From positions 1 through 64,000 of the forward strand of contig JAAILG010001579.1 of the NCBI GenBank assembly GCA_012026655.1: DNA of 64,000 nucleotides. Reading direction: 5' to 3'. Numbering within the stretch: position 1 is the first letter of the stretch; every line of letters starts with the position of its first letter. The notes beneath the pieces were generated by a model. The model ran no database searches and was not told the origin of the DNA. It saw only the letters and a program-made list of their open reading frames with translations. Both the position numbers and the translations under genes were made by a program. Below are positions 1-11,900 of this stretch, piece by piece. The DNA comes from Hydrolagus affinis (Eukaryota).

Positions 1-703
1 CCCCCCCCCCCCCCCCCACTCCCTCTCGCTGTGTTTGTTTGTGTAGGCGCTGAAGTCGATGTTTACCTTACTTAGATTTTTTGTCTCTGGCCGTGAGAGA
101 CAGATTGTGAGTCACACTTTATTATTCTTTATCGCCGTCAAACAGAGTAAAGTATTCAAAGGATTTAAATCCCTGACTGACTGTCCTGTGATGGGGGAAA
201 TTCCGTCCCCACGCCTTGTTGTGATGTAAGGGAAGGAAGTGGTAATCTCTGGTTTCAAACAGGAACATTCGTAGTGACTGCAACCCAGCCCTCCTGTAGA
301 TGGATGATTAGTTAGTTGATTTGTTTGGTTGTTTGGTTAGTACCTAGTCAAATGAACCCACTTCAGCTTGCCGGTAGTGTTCGAAATAATTCCAACCAAG
401 CTTTAGTTTCTGTGCTGAAAGTGAACAGTCCAGATCATTGTTCACCCGACTTATGTAATCACTGACACACAAGTTGGGTGTATTCTGGCTGAGAATGCCT
501 TTGTTCATACTGGATTTTCCACTGTTAAAAGCTTAAACCCCTGATTTATTCTGCTGTAGTCAAACCTCTACCTGATCCGAGGCTTTTGCTGATGTTGCTG
601 TAAACCAACTAAAAGTATCTGGAGTGATTTGACATTTTATTTCTTGTAACGCAGATGAAGTAGGGATTTCAACAGCATAAAGGTTAAGCTTGTACAGTAC
701 AAT

Positions 704-748
704 ACCACCCCCTCCCCCCCCATCCCACCGCCACCACCACCACCACCG
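704..748 (+). repeat. C-rich / (CCA)n simple repeat
   Basis: accacccctccccccccatcccaccgccaccaccaccaccaccg. Confidence 0.8.
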
Positions 749-749
749 A

Positions 750-868
750 TCCAGATGAAAATCTGGAAACAAAAACAGAAGTCGCTGGGAACACTTAGCA
801 GGTCAGGCAGCATCTGTGGAGAAAGGAAAGTGAGTCAACGTTTTGGGTCAACGATCCTTCGGCAGAAA
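750..868. mobile_element. Single arm of the Penelope-like fold-back repeat
   Basis: aaacaaaaacagaagtcgctgggaacacttagcaggtcaggcagcatctgtggagaaaggaaagtgagtcaacgtttt aligns with the arms at 3386 and 35630. Confidence 0.75.
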
Positions 869-1231
869 CCTAAGTTTACAGCCAAGTTGACTGTACCCTG
901 CTTTGATGCTTGTGGCACATTTATGAATGGGATTAATACTTAATCCCATTAATACAAAGATTTGAATAACTTTGAACAGATTTGTTTCTAATCTCTTAGA
1001 GGCTATAAAATAGTTTAGGAGGTATTGATAACAATTTTGTGACTGCATATTTTAAACAATATGTACAAAATGAAATTATTGGCCATTTAACAGATTTCTG
1101 AAATGGCATTGTATATAGACCTTATAGAAATAAATATGCCATCTCTTAAAACCGTGGTCAATGAGTTTTTGTTGCCATCGTACACGATAACTGTGACCAT
1201 TTGGAGAAGTATAACCTTAACAGATTTCCAG

Positions 1232-1329
1232 AACATTTGTTTAACCTCAAGTTTGCTGCGAAGGAACTTTCCAGAAGTGCCAAGAAATGTGACAAAGAAG
1301 AAAAGGTGGAGAAGGCCAAAATTAAAAAG
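1232..1329 (+). CDS. CHMP1B: CHMP1B coding exon (first in window)
   Basis: ttccag|AA CAT TTG TTT...AAA AAG|gtatga; [32 protein letters not shown]. Confidence 0.95.
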
Positions 1330-4300
1330 GTATGAAATACAGTCATATTAATGGATAGTATTATACCTAACTTTAGATTGCTGGTGGAACTGGAGAAATT
1401 GCAGGTTTCCTGGAATAGACATTTTTAATTTTTATTCTGATCCTGAAACAAGCTACTTGTTATCAATTATTTAGTTTTAAAAACCTGGTAGGTGTGTGTT
1501 TGATCTTAAACAATCTTTACATACTATTTGTACATATTTCAGAACCAGTGTAACTTATTCAACTAAAAATGTCCTTAATTTGACATTTTAATATTAAATT
1601 AGCAATTTATGTAAAGTTGTATTCACAGTTTTCCCACATATTGAAGATGTTTAGGGAAGTAAGTGAATTTACATGTTGATCCTAACTTGGGAAGTAGTTG
1701 TGCAAAGGACTTAAGTAAATGTAACAGTGAGAACAAAAGCGTTAGAACATATACTAATATCATCCATTTGAAGATAAATAATAATCCTTGGATTTGATAT
1801 AGCACTTTTCACGTCTTCTAAATGTTTCAAAGCGTTTCACAGAATATACTGTAAAGTGAATAGACTGTATATTTGTGGGCAAAATGCGGCAGCCAATTGC
1901 GCACAGCAGTGTCCCACAAAAGTTGTGGAGTGAAATAACCAATTTATTATTGTTTTATTTGAGGATTATTATTGGGCGCGTGGAATAAGGAAACTTGCCC
2001 AAGGTTTAGCCCTGATGGGAATTTAACCCAGGTCTCTTGCTTGTAAGGCGAGTGCTCTAACCACTGAGCTTCAGGTCTCCACAATACAAGCCAATACAAT
2101 AACAAAATATTGTTTGTGATTTATTATTTTACAGTATGTTTCAATTGGTTCAAATGATGGCTTTTAAATGCTACAAACAGATTTGGTCAGCTGAAATTAA
2201 AAATTGTAATTTTGTACCTAATTTCTCACTTTTCCATTCGTTCTGTTTGTAGGCCATTCAGAAAGGCAATGCGGAAGTCGCAAGAATACATGCAGAAAAT
2301 GCAATCCGACAAAAGAATCAGTCAATTAATTTTCTACGAATGAGTGCCAGAGTGGATGCCGTTGCAGCACGTGTGCAGAGTGCAGTTACAATGGGCAAGG
2401 TTATGTACCATTTTCCTAGGCTTAGTATCTGCAGGAAACAGTGTCGGAAATTCGTCCCAAATTTGTAATGAGCTTCCATTTACATTTGAAAGAATAGTCT
2501 TCCATTTTCAAGCTTTGAATCTGTCTTGTGTCAGTATTAGAGTCGTGCATAATTCATGTCTCTCACAATGTGCTTGTATAGCAATTGAGAGTATGGTGTA
2601 GTGGTGTGCAACCTGATTCAAACAATACATGACCCCAGGAACAGCATGCGACAAGAAAATGGATTCTGTTCATTCTCTTAAGATGAAACTTTTCCTGAAT
2701 AGTTTGTTCATGATCCACAGCTGCAGAAATGCGTGTATGCCTCTAATTTCCGGCACCCGCTTAGTTTGCCACTGCGTCATATGTCATTCACCAAACTGCA
2801 GTTGACGTCACAAGTATTGTTTCGATTACTGATTCTAATCTATCTCTTAGTACTTCAATACAAATTTAAATTGTAACAGTCTGGCACAGAAACCATACAC
2901 GTACATTGCAATTATGCCCAAATGTTTCCTCTTGAGTACCAATAAAAACCCGGCAGGTTTTGTTGCTCTGTATGACCAAAGAATCAATGAGTGACGTGTT
3001 TTTTTGTTGCAGGTAACAAAATCAATGGCAGGAGTTGTAAAATCCATGAGTATCACGCTGAAAAACATGAATCTGGAAAAGGTAATGCAACATAGATCTA
3101 AATCCTACAGCTGTCCACAACGGGTGATTAAAAAGCTTCTCATTGAGCAAACCACCAGAATTGTTTCTTCAATGAAAATGTCCACCAGGCTTGACGTGTA
3201 AGCCGCACATATTGTTCTGTATTTGATTCTTGCCCTCTTGTATGCACTAATGAAATTCAGTTAATTGAATTGAGACTGCAATTGTGGAGATAAGGTGGTT
3301 GCTGTGCGTTGCAGATAAATGCACAAGCAAATTGATCTAGACAGCAAACAAAACACAAAATACTCCAGATGCTGGGAATCTGAAACAAAAACAGAAGTTG
3401 CTGGGGAAACTCAGCAGATCAGGCAGCATCCATGGACAAAGGAAAAGGAGTCAACATTTCGGGTCTACAACCCTTCGTCAGTTCTGACATTGACTCCTTT
3501 TCCTTTCTCCATGGATGCTGCCTGACTTGCTGAGTTTCCCCAGCAACTTCTGTTTTTGATCTAGACAGCGTTGGGTCACTAAAAAAAAAGCAGAACTGCA
3601 AAATAATTATGTTTTTTATAAATTATCTACATGGCTCTCTCAACAACAACAACAAAATTAAGTTTATAGGGTGCCTTTCATGCCAGGAGGCCATCCCAAG
3701 GCTCTCAGGAAAGTTTGGGCCTTTATGTCATTGCTTTTCATTACTCGAAATTATCACTAGCCGATGTAGACTATCAAACATAATTCACTGATCAAGGGAT
3801 TCACTGGCATCCTCTAGTGAGGGCATGTAATGTTACTGGGAGATAGGATGAGCATGATGTTACTCACTCATCACCTGTCCGTGAGAGGTACATAAAATTT
3901 GAAAATTAAACATTTATGCCTTTGGGGTTGCCAATGACCGCTTCAGTCAACCACAAATCAGGTGTAGATGCAGAACAAAGCTTTTGCTGCATTTGAAAAA
4001 TGTACGTCACTGCCAATTCCAGATGAGCCTCCCACTAGACCACTTCTCACACCGGTCACCCTCTTAAGTTAGTTTACCAATTAGTGCTGCATTTAAGGCA
4101 GTTTAGCTCAGTGAAAGCATATCCACTCGGAAATGAATTGAGACCGCCACACACCCACTTCACTGAAAAGCACATTTTAAATTGTCTTTCACTAATTTAA
4201 TCTCAAACAAATGAAATGTGGGTGAACAGCCCAAAGCTTCTGAAAGGTCATAACAGTTGCTTCAATTAAAGTGTCCATTGGGCTTTATTTTCTGTGCAAT

Positions 4301-7300
4301 GCAGACTGTTCTGCATTTGAATGCTGCTATCTTGTATACACTAATGGAAATTTAAATGCAGTTAAATTAAGTTTTCACTATGGAGGAAAGGTGACAATTG
4401 CAGATAAATATGTATGCAAATGAAACTAGACAGTTTTTGGTCGTTGTGGATCTGTCATTTAAAAAAAAGCATAGCAGAACTATAGAGGAATTATAAGATG
4501 CCTTCTTTCAGAATCACACTTCATAGTAATCTATACATTTCTGTTAAGAAATTAAGAATGTGATTTTGATTAGTGAGACATTGTATTGGTATGAGTACAG
4601 TTAATTGCTTCAGAGAATATTTGGGCAGCTGTAATCCAATGATATAATTATTTTCTTGCAGATATCTGCTCTAATGGATACATTTGAACAACAGTTTGAG
4701 ACATTAGATGTCCAGACGCAGCAAATGGAGGACACCATGAGCCACACTACAACACTAACCACACCTCAGGTAAAGGGACAAGTGTATGTAACTTGTACTG
4801 ACAGCTACCATTATATAAAATGGTCAGAGAATATCTGTGTCTATGGATGACCACCATCTCATTACATTCAGAAAATTTTTATATAGCGTCTTATAAGAAA
4901 TTAGCTATTTTAGCAGAGCACCCAGAGAATTATGTTTCAAATTGTGTTTATTGTTGTATAGTTCCCTTAAATCTTGATTAATAACTGCGGCAGCTCATTT
5001 ACAGAACGCCATCATGAGCTAATATTCAAACTTAAAGTAGTTACGTATTTCTCCTGTTTATTCCAAAAAACAACTAAGCTTAAACAATAGTCTCTAATCT
5101 TCCCTTGGCAAAAGCATCCAACTTTCTATGAATACATATTTTCCTGTATCTAATGAACATTTATCTGAAGGAAATTATAAGTACATGTTGTAGATACATT
5201 TGCTTTTGGTTGTTTGAGATTACTGTATGAGAGCATGGCTTTTCAACTTAAATTTGTGTTTCTTTTCAGCAACAAGTGGATTTTCTGATGCATGAAATGG
5301 CTGATGAAGCTGGGTTAGTATGGATGTATATTTGCTTAAAGCAGGGTTAAGATTAAACAGATGTAAAATTGGGATTTATAAATTAATGTTTTATCTGTTT
5401 ATAGCAGGTCTTAAGTAGTGAACTTTTAATTTAACATTTATTTATTAGCTATATAAGTCTTTTAAGCCTCAATATTTTATGCATTACTGCTAGCTGGGCT
5501 GGCAGACATGTCTCGTAGATACCAGAAACAGCTGATGCCTGCTTCAACAGAATTGTAGAATTACAGCAAATCTGTTGCCATTGACTCATAAAGAGATAAA
5601 ATTAGCATTATATATATTACTGAAGTAGTCAGAAACATTTCTATAAAATGGTCAGTTATGTCAACTGCATCTTTCAAAATGAACATCTTAAAATGTGAAT
5701 TCATATATTCATATCTGGCAGCATTTCCTCCAACTGAGTCTACAAATGTGCTTTTTAAAAATATTGTTGATAAAATTGTATGACTGTATATAGCGCTTTA
5801 CTATAAGCAAGAAGTTATTTAACGTGCAAGTTTTTTTTCTTGCAGGGTGAAAGTGGGTTTTTACACAATACACAAATTGCTAGCAACAAATTTAATTCTT
5901 CCACTGAAGAAACTGTCAGTAAAATAGGATCAATAATAATAAGCTTTGCATTTGATATAGCGCTTTTCACGTCTTCTAGATCTTGAGAATAAATCAGTCT
6001 CAGTATGAAATGTTGCATTTTTAAAATCCAAACTTTTTGTTTAAAAAGCGCCACCTGCTGTATCAGTTACCAAATGACATAACCTGTCATGTTATTTCTG
6101 CCTCAACACTACTGAAACAAAATCCATGTAGAAACACTCCATCTGTGATCCCAATCTGATCCTATTCCTCTCATACTGAACCCATTGTAAACTTTTATAA
6201 CATAGATCAGAAATTTCAGTTTGGATTTAAGTTGCTTTTTACCGTTCATTGATGTCACTCATCCGCAAGTGAAGTTCTTCTGCAGAGCCTAATGTTGTAT
6301 TTTTCTTGGCAGCCTTGATTTGAACTTGCAGCTTCCTGCAGGCCAGAGCGGGTCTATTAGTACCAGTGTGACATCACAAGAGCAGGTAAGTACACATAAG
6401 GGTGGCACGGCTGTCTTGTTTCAAATCCACTAATGCAGAGAAATTGTACCTTATGATTTCTTTAAATGATGTCTAGCCATAACATTTAGTCCTACATTTC
6501 CCCCCCAAAAAGCGCAGAGTAATTGTTGAATCCGTACCTTTTTATCCTGTGTTCTGATTGCTTTTAAACGTCTCCCCGATGACCATTGACTAAATTCAGA
6601 TCTCAGTTCCTTATGGCCCGTCTCAACTCTTTATCGAAGAGCCCACTTGGATAACTCGTGTCGCTATTGAAACTAATTGGAAGTGAGTTGATCTTCTGAT
6701 GTTGAAGTATGTGGTTGATGCCAAATGGATTGATTTAGTTTACATCTGGTCCATGCTGCATCTGATCTGGAACCACTTGATACGAACACTGGTTTCAGAG
6801 TATACAGAAGAAACATCCCCTGGAAACATTCTCCCTTGCCTCGGCTTTTCATGGTCAAACTACATGTTTGTTGCCTTTGTGAGGTTGAGGTATACTTGTG
6901 AACCCTCTGTTAAGTGGCTTAATTGAGTTTGAAGTTATTAAATATCAAGCAATAAATATCAGGAAGTCTGGTCTCTGCAGCATGAGTTGTGGAGCTAAAT
7001 GTGGCAAATAGATATAATCTTAAGGGACAACAAAGGTGAGTGCTGGGACTGATGAACCTGATTTTTTTTTTAAAAAAAGTTGCTCCTATCCTCTGCAGCA
7101 TATGCAAAACATGAGATGCTTGTGGCAAATAGATAATGTTTTAACAATACTGTACAGCAGCCTGTAGAATGTGGCTTTTGTGTCTAGTAAAGAACCACTA
7201 GGTGGTGTATCAGAGCGAGAAATGCAAAGCTGCCGCTCATATGATCTGGTGGTCTTAGGACATGAATGTAATAGCTGAAAACATTGGAAAGAGCAACTAA

Positions 7301-7974
7301 ATAATAACAAGTGTAAAATGCATAGAGAATAAAAAACACTTCCGTTTTATATACCCGGGGTCAAAATGTCTCAGTGTTTTGCATATTTACTTATTTTGAA
7401 GTGCACAGAATGTTATATGGGAGACTCTGACACAATGCTCCACAATAGTGATGAGATAAGTGATCAAATCTAAACTTTTGTGGGGGGTCATTTGGAAAAT
7501 GGAGGAATCTTAGCCAAGACATTGGGAAGAGTCCTTGTTTTTTAAAACTGGATCATTAACGCCTTGGGGCGTCCTCCAGGTGTGAAAGGCCCTATACAAA
7601 TATAATTTGTTGTTAATGTTAAACTTGAAATCCCAGAAGTAATGGACAACACCATGGTTTGGCGCATTGTTCAACAATGCAACACTCCCTAAGTTCTGTT
7701 GTGGAGTCTCAGACAAAATATCAACCTAAGCTCTTGGATGGACTTGAAATCAGAGGTCCTACCTACCAACTTGGTGTGGTTAATGCAACCCTGATCTTAG
7801 TCGGATTCAGCCATCTGAACCTATTAAAGATTTAACTGTTGTGCCATACATTAATTTGAGGGATTTTTTTACTTTTAAGTGTGATTGTACAAATCAAAAT
7901 TGATTGAATACCATTGTTTTGCACAGGATGAGCTTTCACAAAGACTTGCACGCCTCCGCGATCAGGTAGAATGA
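1232..7974 (+). CDS. CHMP1B: Charged multivesicular body protein 1b (ESCRT-III), spliced gene, 5'-partial. Exons 1232-1329, 2253-2399, 3013-3081, 4662-4769, 5270-5313, 6313-6385, 7927-7974
   Basis: Spliced translation (K)[194 protein letters not shown] matches vertebrate CHMP1B as I recall it. All introns are GT-AG with consistent phases. The start exon (MSNME-like) was not found in the window. Confidence 0.97.
1775..2080 (-). mobile_element. tRNA-derived SINE (CORE-like + Deu-like body, L2-type tail), full length
   Basis: - strand: head ggagacctgaagctcagtggttagagc (A box), ggttaaattcc (B box), accttgggcaagtttcctta, tgtgggacactgctgtgcgcaattggctgccgc, and an (ATT)n tail; many copies in the window. 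Confidence 0.88.
2253..2399 (+). CDS. CHMP1B: CHMP1B coding exon
   Basis: ttgtag|GCC ATT CAG...GGC AAG|gttatg; 147 nt, [21 protein letters not shown]...VTMGK. Confidence 0.96.
3013..3081 (+). CDS. CHMP1B: CHMP1B coding exon
   Basis: ttgcag|GTA ACA AAA...GAA AAG|gtaatg; [23 protein letters not shown]. Confidence 0.95.
3346..3558. mobile_element. Fold-back (inverted repeat) retro-insertion, probably derived from a Penelope-like element terminus
   Basis: 69-bp arms at 3386-3454 and 3490-3558 with 3 mismatches; flanked by the direct repeat TTGATCTAGACAGC (3332-3345, 3556-3569). Confidence 0.85.
3641..3705 (-). mobile_element. L2-type 3' tail fragment, (GTT)n end
   Basis: caacaacaacaacaaaatta...gcctttcatgccaggaggccatcccaaggc matches the tail of the L2 copy at 35939. 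Confidence 0.65.
4662..4769 (+). CDS. CHMP1B: CHMP1B coding exon
   Basis: ttgcag|ATA TCT...CCT CAG|gtaaag; [36 protein letters not shown]. Confidence 0.96.
5270..5313 (+). CDS. CHMP1B: CHMP1B coding exon
   Basis: tttcag|CAA CAA GTG...GCT GG|gttagt; [15 protein letters not shown]. Confidence 0.93.
5931..5980 (-). mobile_element. SINE/L2 tail-only fragment, (ATT)n end
   Basis: aataataataagctttgcatttgatatagcgcttttcacgtcttctaga matches the SINE 3' end. Confidence 0.65.
6313..6385 (+). CDS. CHMP1B: CHMP1B coding exon
   Basis: tggcag|C CTT GAT...GAG CAG|gtaagt; [24 protein letters not shown]. Confidence 0.93.
7335..7770 (-). mobile_element. Old degenerate Deu-domain SINE (SacSINE1/AmnSINE1-like), interrupted by an L2 tail at about 7560-7620
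   Basis: Diverged reverse-complement similarity to the copy at 15170-15500 (gagataagtgatcaaatc, gccaagacattgggaagagtcc, tgcaacactccctaagttctg); family assignment from recalled consensus. Confidence 0.55.
7927..7974 (+). CDS. CHMP1B: CHMP1B terminal coding exon (MIM1 motif)
   Basis: gcacag|GAT GAG CTT...GTA GAA TGA; [15 protein letters not shown] contains the C-terminal MIT-interacting motif. Confidence 0.94.
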   Translation, partial: DELSQRLARLRDQVE

Positions 7975-8129
7975 TGAAGAAAAGTTCTGCTATTTTGGGA
8001 ATGATCTGGTTTGCTATCCGCGTTTCTTCATACAGACAAGGTTATCTCTATACTGTTGCATAGCATACTGAGATTTTATTTGCAATATAGTGGTTGGTAT
8101 TTTCTCACCACAAGTGTCAAAACTATACA

Positions 8130-8948
8130 AATAAATCTTTAGAGTGGATAATATTACACCTTAAATCACTCGCATAATACATAGCTTTTCTCACTATCTT
8201 TGTACAGTGCATTTTAAAGTATAAACTGTCAATTCAATTTTTTTGGAAAAAGTTCACGTGCACTTTTCTATCTTAAAAAAAAGTTGTCTATGATTGCTCC
8301 AGGGGCACGTTTCTCTTAAAAGTGTATTATAATTTTCCTATTAAAATTATATCTATTAAATAAACTGCAGATCACATCATGAATAATACAAAGATTTGGG
8401 TTCAAAGATGATTGAAAATATTTTTTGTACAATAGCATTTTCATCAAGTGGCAGGGCGTTTTGTTTTTAAATCTTTTAAGATGGCTCCTGGATGGCTGTA
8501 TTGTGCAGCTCCTTGGAATGTTTTCTGCTAAGTTTGGGCAATTTATCTATTTAAACATGACTAACAAAGGTTGATTTTTGTGGGATGTACTGGGAAGGAA
8601 GAACCTCACTCTGAACACAGAATCCCACTTAGGGATTGCAGTCCCAGGATTTCCCTATTAGCATAAATAACTCCTGGGATCCTGTTTGATAATAGTCGTA
8701 TTTTCGAACTCCTGGGATTGTAACCCTTAGTCCTGCTGTCTGTGAGATTTATCTGTCTTTATGGGATTTTCTTGTAAATTTGTTTTGTTTGGGGCTTCTC
8801 TTGTACTCCGAATCCCACAATTAAAGGTTCTCTGAGTCATACTGCTTTTTTATGATTTTAAAATGTGTCTCGCTTGCATTACATTCTTTAACAGCTCAAC
8901 TTATCTGAGCAGCAAATAGCCTTTAACAGTGAGCATCACAACAATAAA
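8130..8948 (+). terminator. Candidate CHMP1B polyadenylation signals
   Basis: AATAAA at 8130-8135, 8359-8364 and 8943-8948 downstream of the stop; which one is used cannot be seen. Confidence 0.4.
8630..8729. mobile_element. Possible small MITE with imperfect terminal inverted repeats
   Basis: tagggattgcagtcccagga ... tcctgggattgtaaccctta; 8-bp flanks atcccact / gtcctgct are only partly alike. Confidence 0.4.
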
Positions 8949-11900
8949 ATGTCCTTTCAAGCACTGGCTTTTGAAGTTTGCTACAAACTCATATTTTCCA
9001 GTTGTAGCTTAAATCCACACTGGACCTTCAATTAAAGCCTCATCTGCTTTCAGACTTAGCAATGCAATGGAAATGTTACTGAATTACATCATCTGTTTTG
9101 GGAGGGAGGCTTGGTACTGAACTCTGTAATAGTCCATCACCTTTTTCATCGGTTTCTCAACAACGAAGCTAGAGGACATAGTGGTTTTTGCATATATTTG
9201 ACTTGAATTGTGCACAATTATTGCAACATCTGTTTCCCATTTTAATTTGCACAAGGAATCAGCTCTTCCTATTCTAATCTCACTTGTAACAACATACAGA
9301 CTTGTAAATTATTTTTGAACATATGCACATGAAGTAATGCTTCTATCTCACTTTTTTCCAATATTCACAGAAAACACTTCTGTGGTTCAATCTGTTCTGT
9401 TGCACTGAAAAGTTATTTTTAAAGGCCTTAATTTCAGTTGCTTCTTACAGTTATTTATTTAATGTCTACAAAATTGGCCTGCAGTACTGTGATGGCGAAC
9501 AACATTTATTCAATCAAGTTGAAGATTGAAAAAACAAAATTGTCCAACTTTAGCAATTTATAAAGAAAGCAATAATGTGGAGTCTAGCAACTGCCGAATT
9601 TTCCTCTAACATTATTTAAGTCCATCACATGTCGGCTTGTGTGGAAGTTAAATGCTTTGTGTCTGTGCAAGTGCCATGTAGGGTCTGAAAAACAGCTAAA
9701 TCATAAAGGTTTCTCGATCCCAAATAATCCTATGCAGATAATTTTCTAACTCGCAATGTGATATCACATTCATTGGCTGCATTGAAGTATGCAGACGCAG
9801 TATTCCATTTGAAAGAACACGAGAAACAAAGTCATAACCTGTATTATGAGTATTATGTACATTTACTGGCGGCAGTGATGAAACTGCATGCGGGGTACAG
9901 TGAACTTCATTGAAACAAACATGGAACACAAGGTATTGACCCGTCATCATGGCATCAGGCAATACAGTCACAACTAAATGCAAGTTATTGACAAGGACCT
10001 TGTACTACTTATTTACTGTAACACTTATGCATAACTGTACATCATGTATATATGATACTGCTTTATGTAAGTTTGCCTGCAATTCATACTTCATGTTAAA
10101 TGTTATGGGCCCAACTGATGACTTGTGCGAGTTTTACTGTCATCAAAAATTCATCCCAAATGGAATTCACCGGGATTGGTGGGGGGGTTCAGGAATATCA
10201 ACCCTGAGAAATTCGGTGAAGCTAAAATCTGGCCGATTAGTGGTATTTACTGTTGCACAATAATCTTTTTAAAACATTTAACGTTTTATAATGCTTTAGT
10301 TCCTACTGCAATTAATTAATCACGGTAAATTCTAAATTGACATCAAATGCAAGGATTATTATTGAATAATTGCTGTGGTGTGGTGCCTTTCACATTGGGA
10401 GGTTGCTTCATGTGATTCACTAAAGTAGCTTATGTAGGTAAACATGGCAGCCATTTTGTGCTCAGATAAACTTCACATTAAATTTTTATCCTAACCTGTC
10501 TTACAATCAATATTTCCATATTTTCACTTAAAAATAAATAAATCTGGAACTCCAAAGTGAGAGACGGCAGAACTAGGGAATTAAAACATGTCTCCCCCTT
10601 TTTACGCATGTGTTTATGGCCAAGCTAACTCTTGTAGGAAGAAGCTTCTTTTACTATTGCCTAAAATATACCAGAAATATGTGTGCAGTTTGTTATCACC
10701 TTTAGTGTCTGATTCTAACACTTGTTTAATTATAACACTTTAGGATGGCAACAGCACAGGTGAGATTATATCGAAGAGAGGCGGTCTTATTTTGCTTCCC
10801 ATCACACCAGATAGATACATACAATTTTAAAACTTGTTTAAATACAGCTTACCAAGTTTTCTGGAATTTGATTTGTAAGGATGGGAAGCAACTGATTGCT
10901 TTAGCAATTCTCAATCACTTAAAATTGTATTACTGCCCGAGGGCAATAAGTAGCAATCTGCATATTGTTTAATGCATACATAAGAATTAGCTTTTCTCTT
11001 TTCCATATCCCGATGCATACATACACTTGCACACATTCCCTGCTTTGTTGCAAAATATAAATGTAGCAGCAACAATCTTAACCTTCCTAACATCTTCCTT
11101 TAGCAGTGGAACATTTCCTATATAATAATGATTGTTCCGGCTCTTGAAGTGTAACTATGAAGTTAGTATTGATTAGTGATACATTGCACGCAGGTTCATG
11201 CCATAGGCTTTGAGCTGCCTGCCCTTGTTAATTTTGCTTGTGTTCCTTGAAGCCAACTGAGCTGGATGACTTTCATTTCACCAACTGGTGATGGATTTAA
11301 ACAAGATTGAAGAGATGAAGTGTTCCAAGACACTGCACTATTTGTTCCAGTCATTAATGTTTGAATTTACAACTGTTATAAACAGATTTTGAATATTAAT
11401 TTTGCAATACTGTACTGTAAGGGGGAATCTGCTCTGTAGTGCTGTGTCTGGCATAGAGTTTTATGTCATTGCCAGATGCGTAGTTTTGGTACTGATTGCA
11501 ACGGGAACATTTTCCACTATTGTATTCTTATCTATGGAATACAATTTTTTTTCAAAATAATGACTACCTGGGAGGGATTGCACAGCAGTAATGTAATCCA
11601 TGGAGTCTAAAGATCTCAGCAATTCACAAGAACAAAGCTCCAGTGGTTTAAAATTGTCATCTGAGCCCTGAGATTAGATTACTGCCTTGAAATGGCTATC
11701 TGGTCTATTATTAATTATAATCTGTGGTGTGTAGGTTTCTTAATTTTGCATCGTAACTATATGTACACTCCAATTCCCCTGTGCTTAATACATATTGACA
11801 GTTATAGAGCGTTATGCAGCTAAACATCTACTCTAGTGTCTTATTGGGAATTGCTGGGTGCCTAACTAGCAAGTACATTTTTTTCCTAAAATTATATTTG

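Larger units (their letters stand above)
3120..4495 (+). repeat. Diverged direct duplication within one CHMP1B intron (about 3120-3610 vs about 4220-4495)
   Basis: Colinear blocks: tgttctg[t/c]atttga, tcttgtat[g/a]cactaatg, ttgcagataaat, ctagacag, aaaaaaaagca, gcagaact. Confidence 0.7.

Noticed and set aside
1-1231. CHMP1B first coding exon
   Set aside because: No MSNME-like ATG exon with a phase-1 donor was found; it is probably just upstream of the window. The alternative AG at 1222-1223 would shift the frame.
3319-3601. Overlapping opposite-strand ORFs with near-identical peptides ([19 protein letters not shown])
   Set aside because: Artefact of the inverted repeat; not a protein family.
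6699-6926. 75-aa intronic ORF in CHMP1B as a nested gene or alternative exon
   Set aside because: No homology recognised; the flanking exons join in frame without it.
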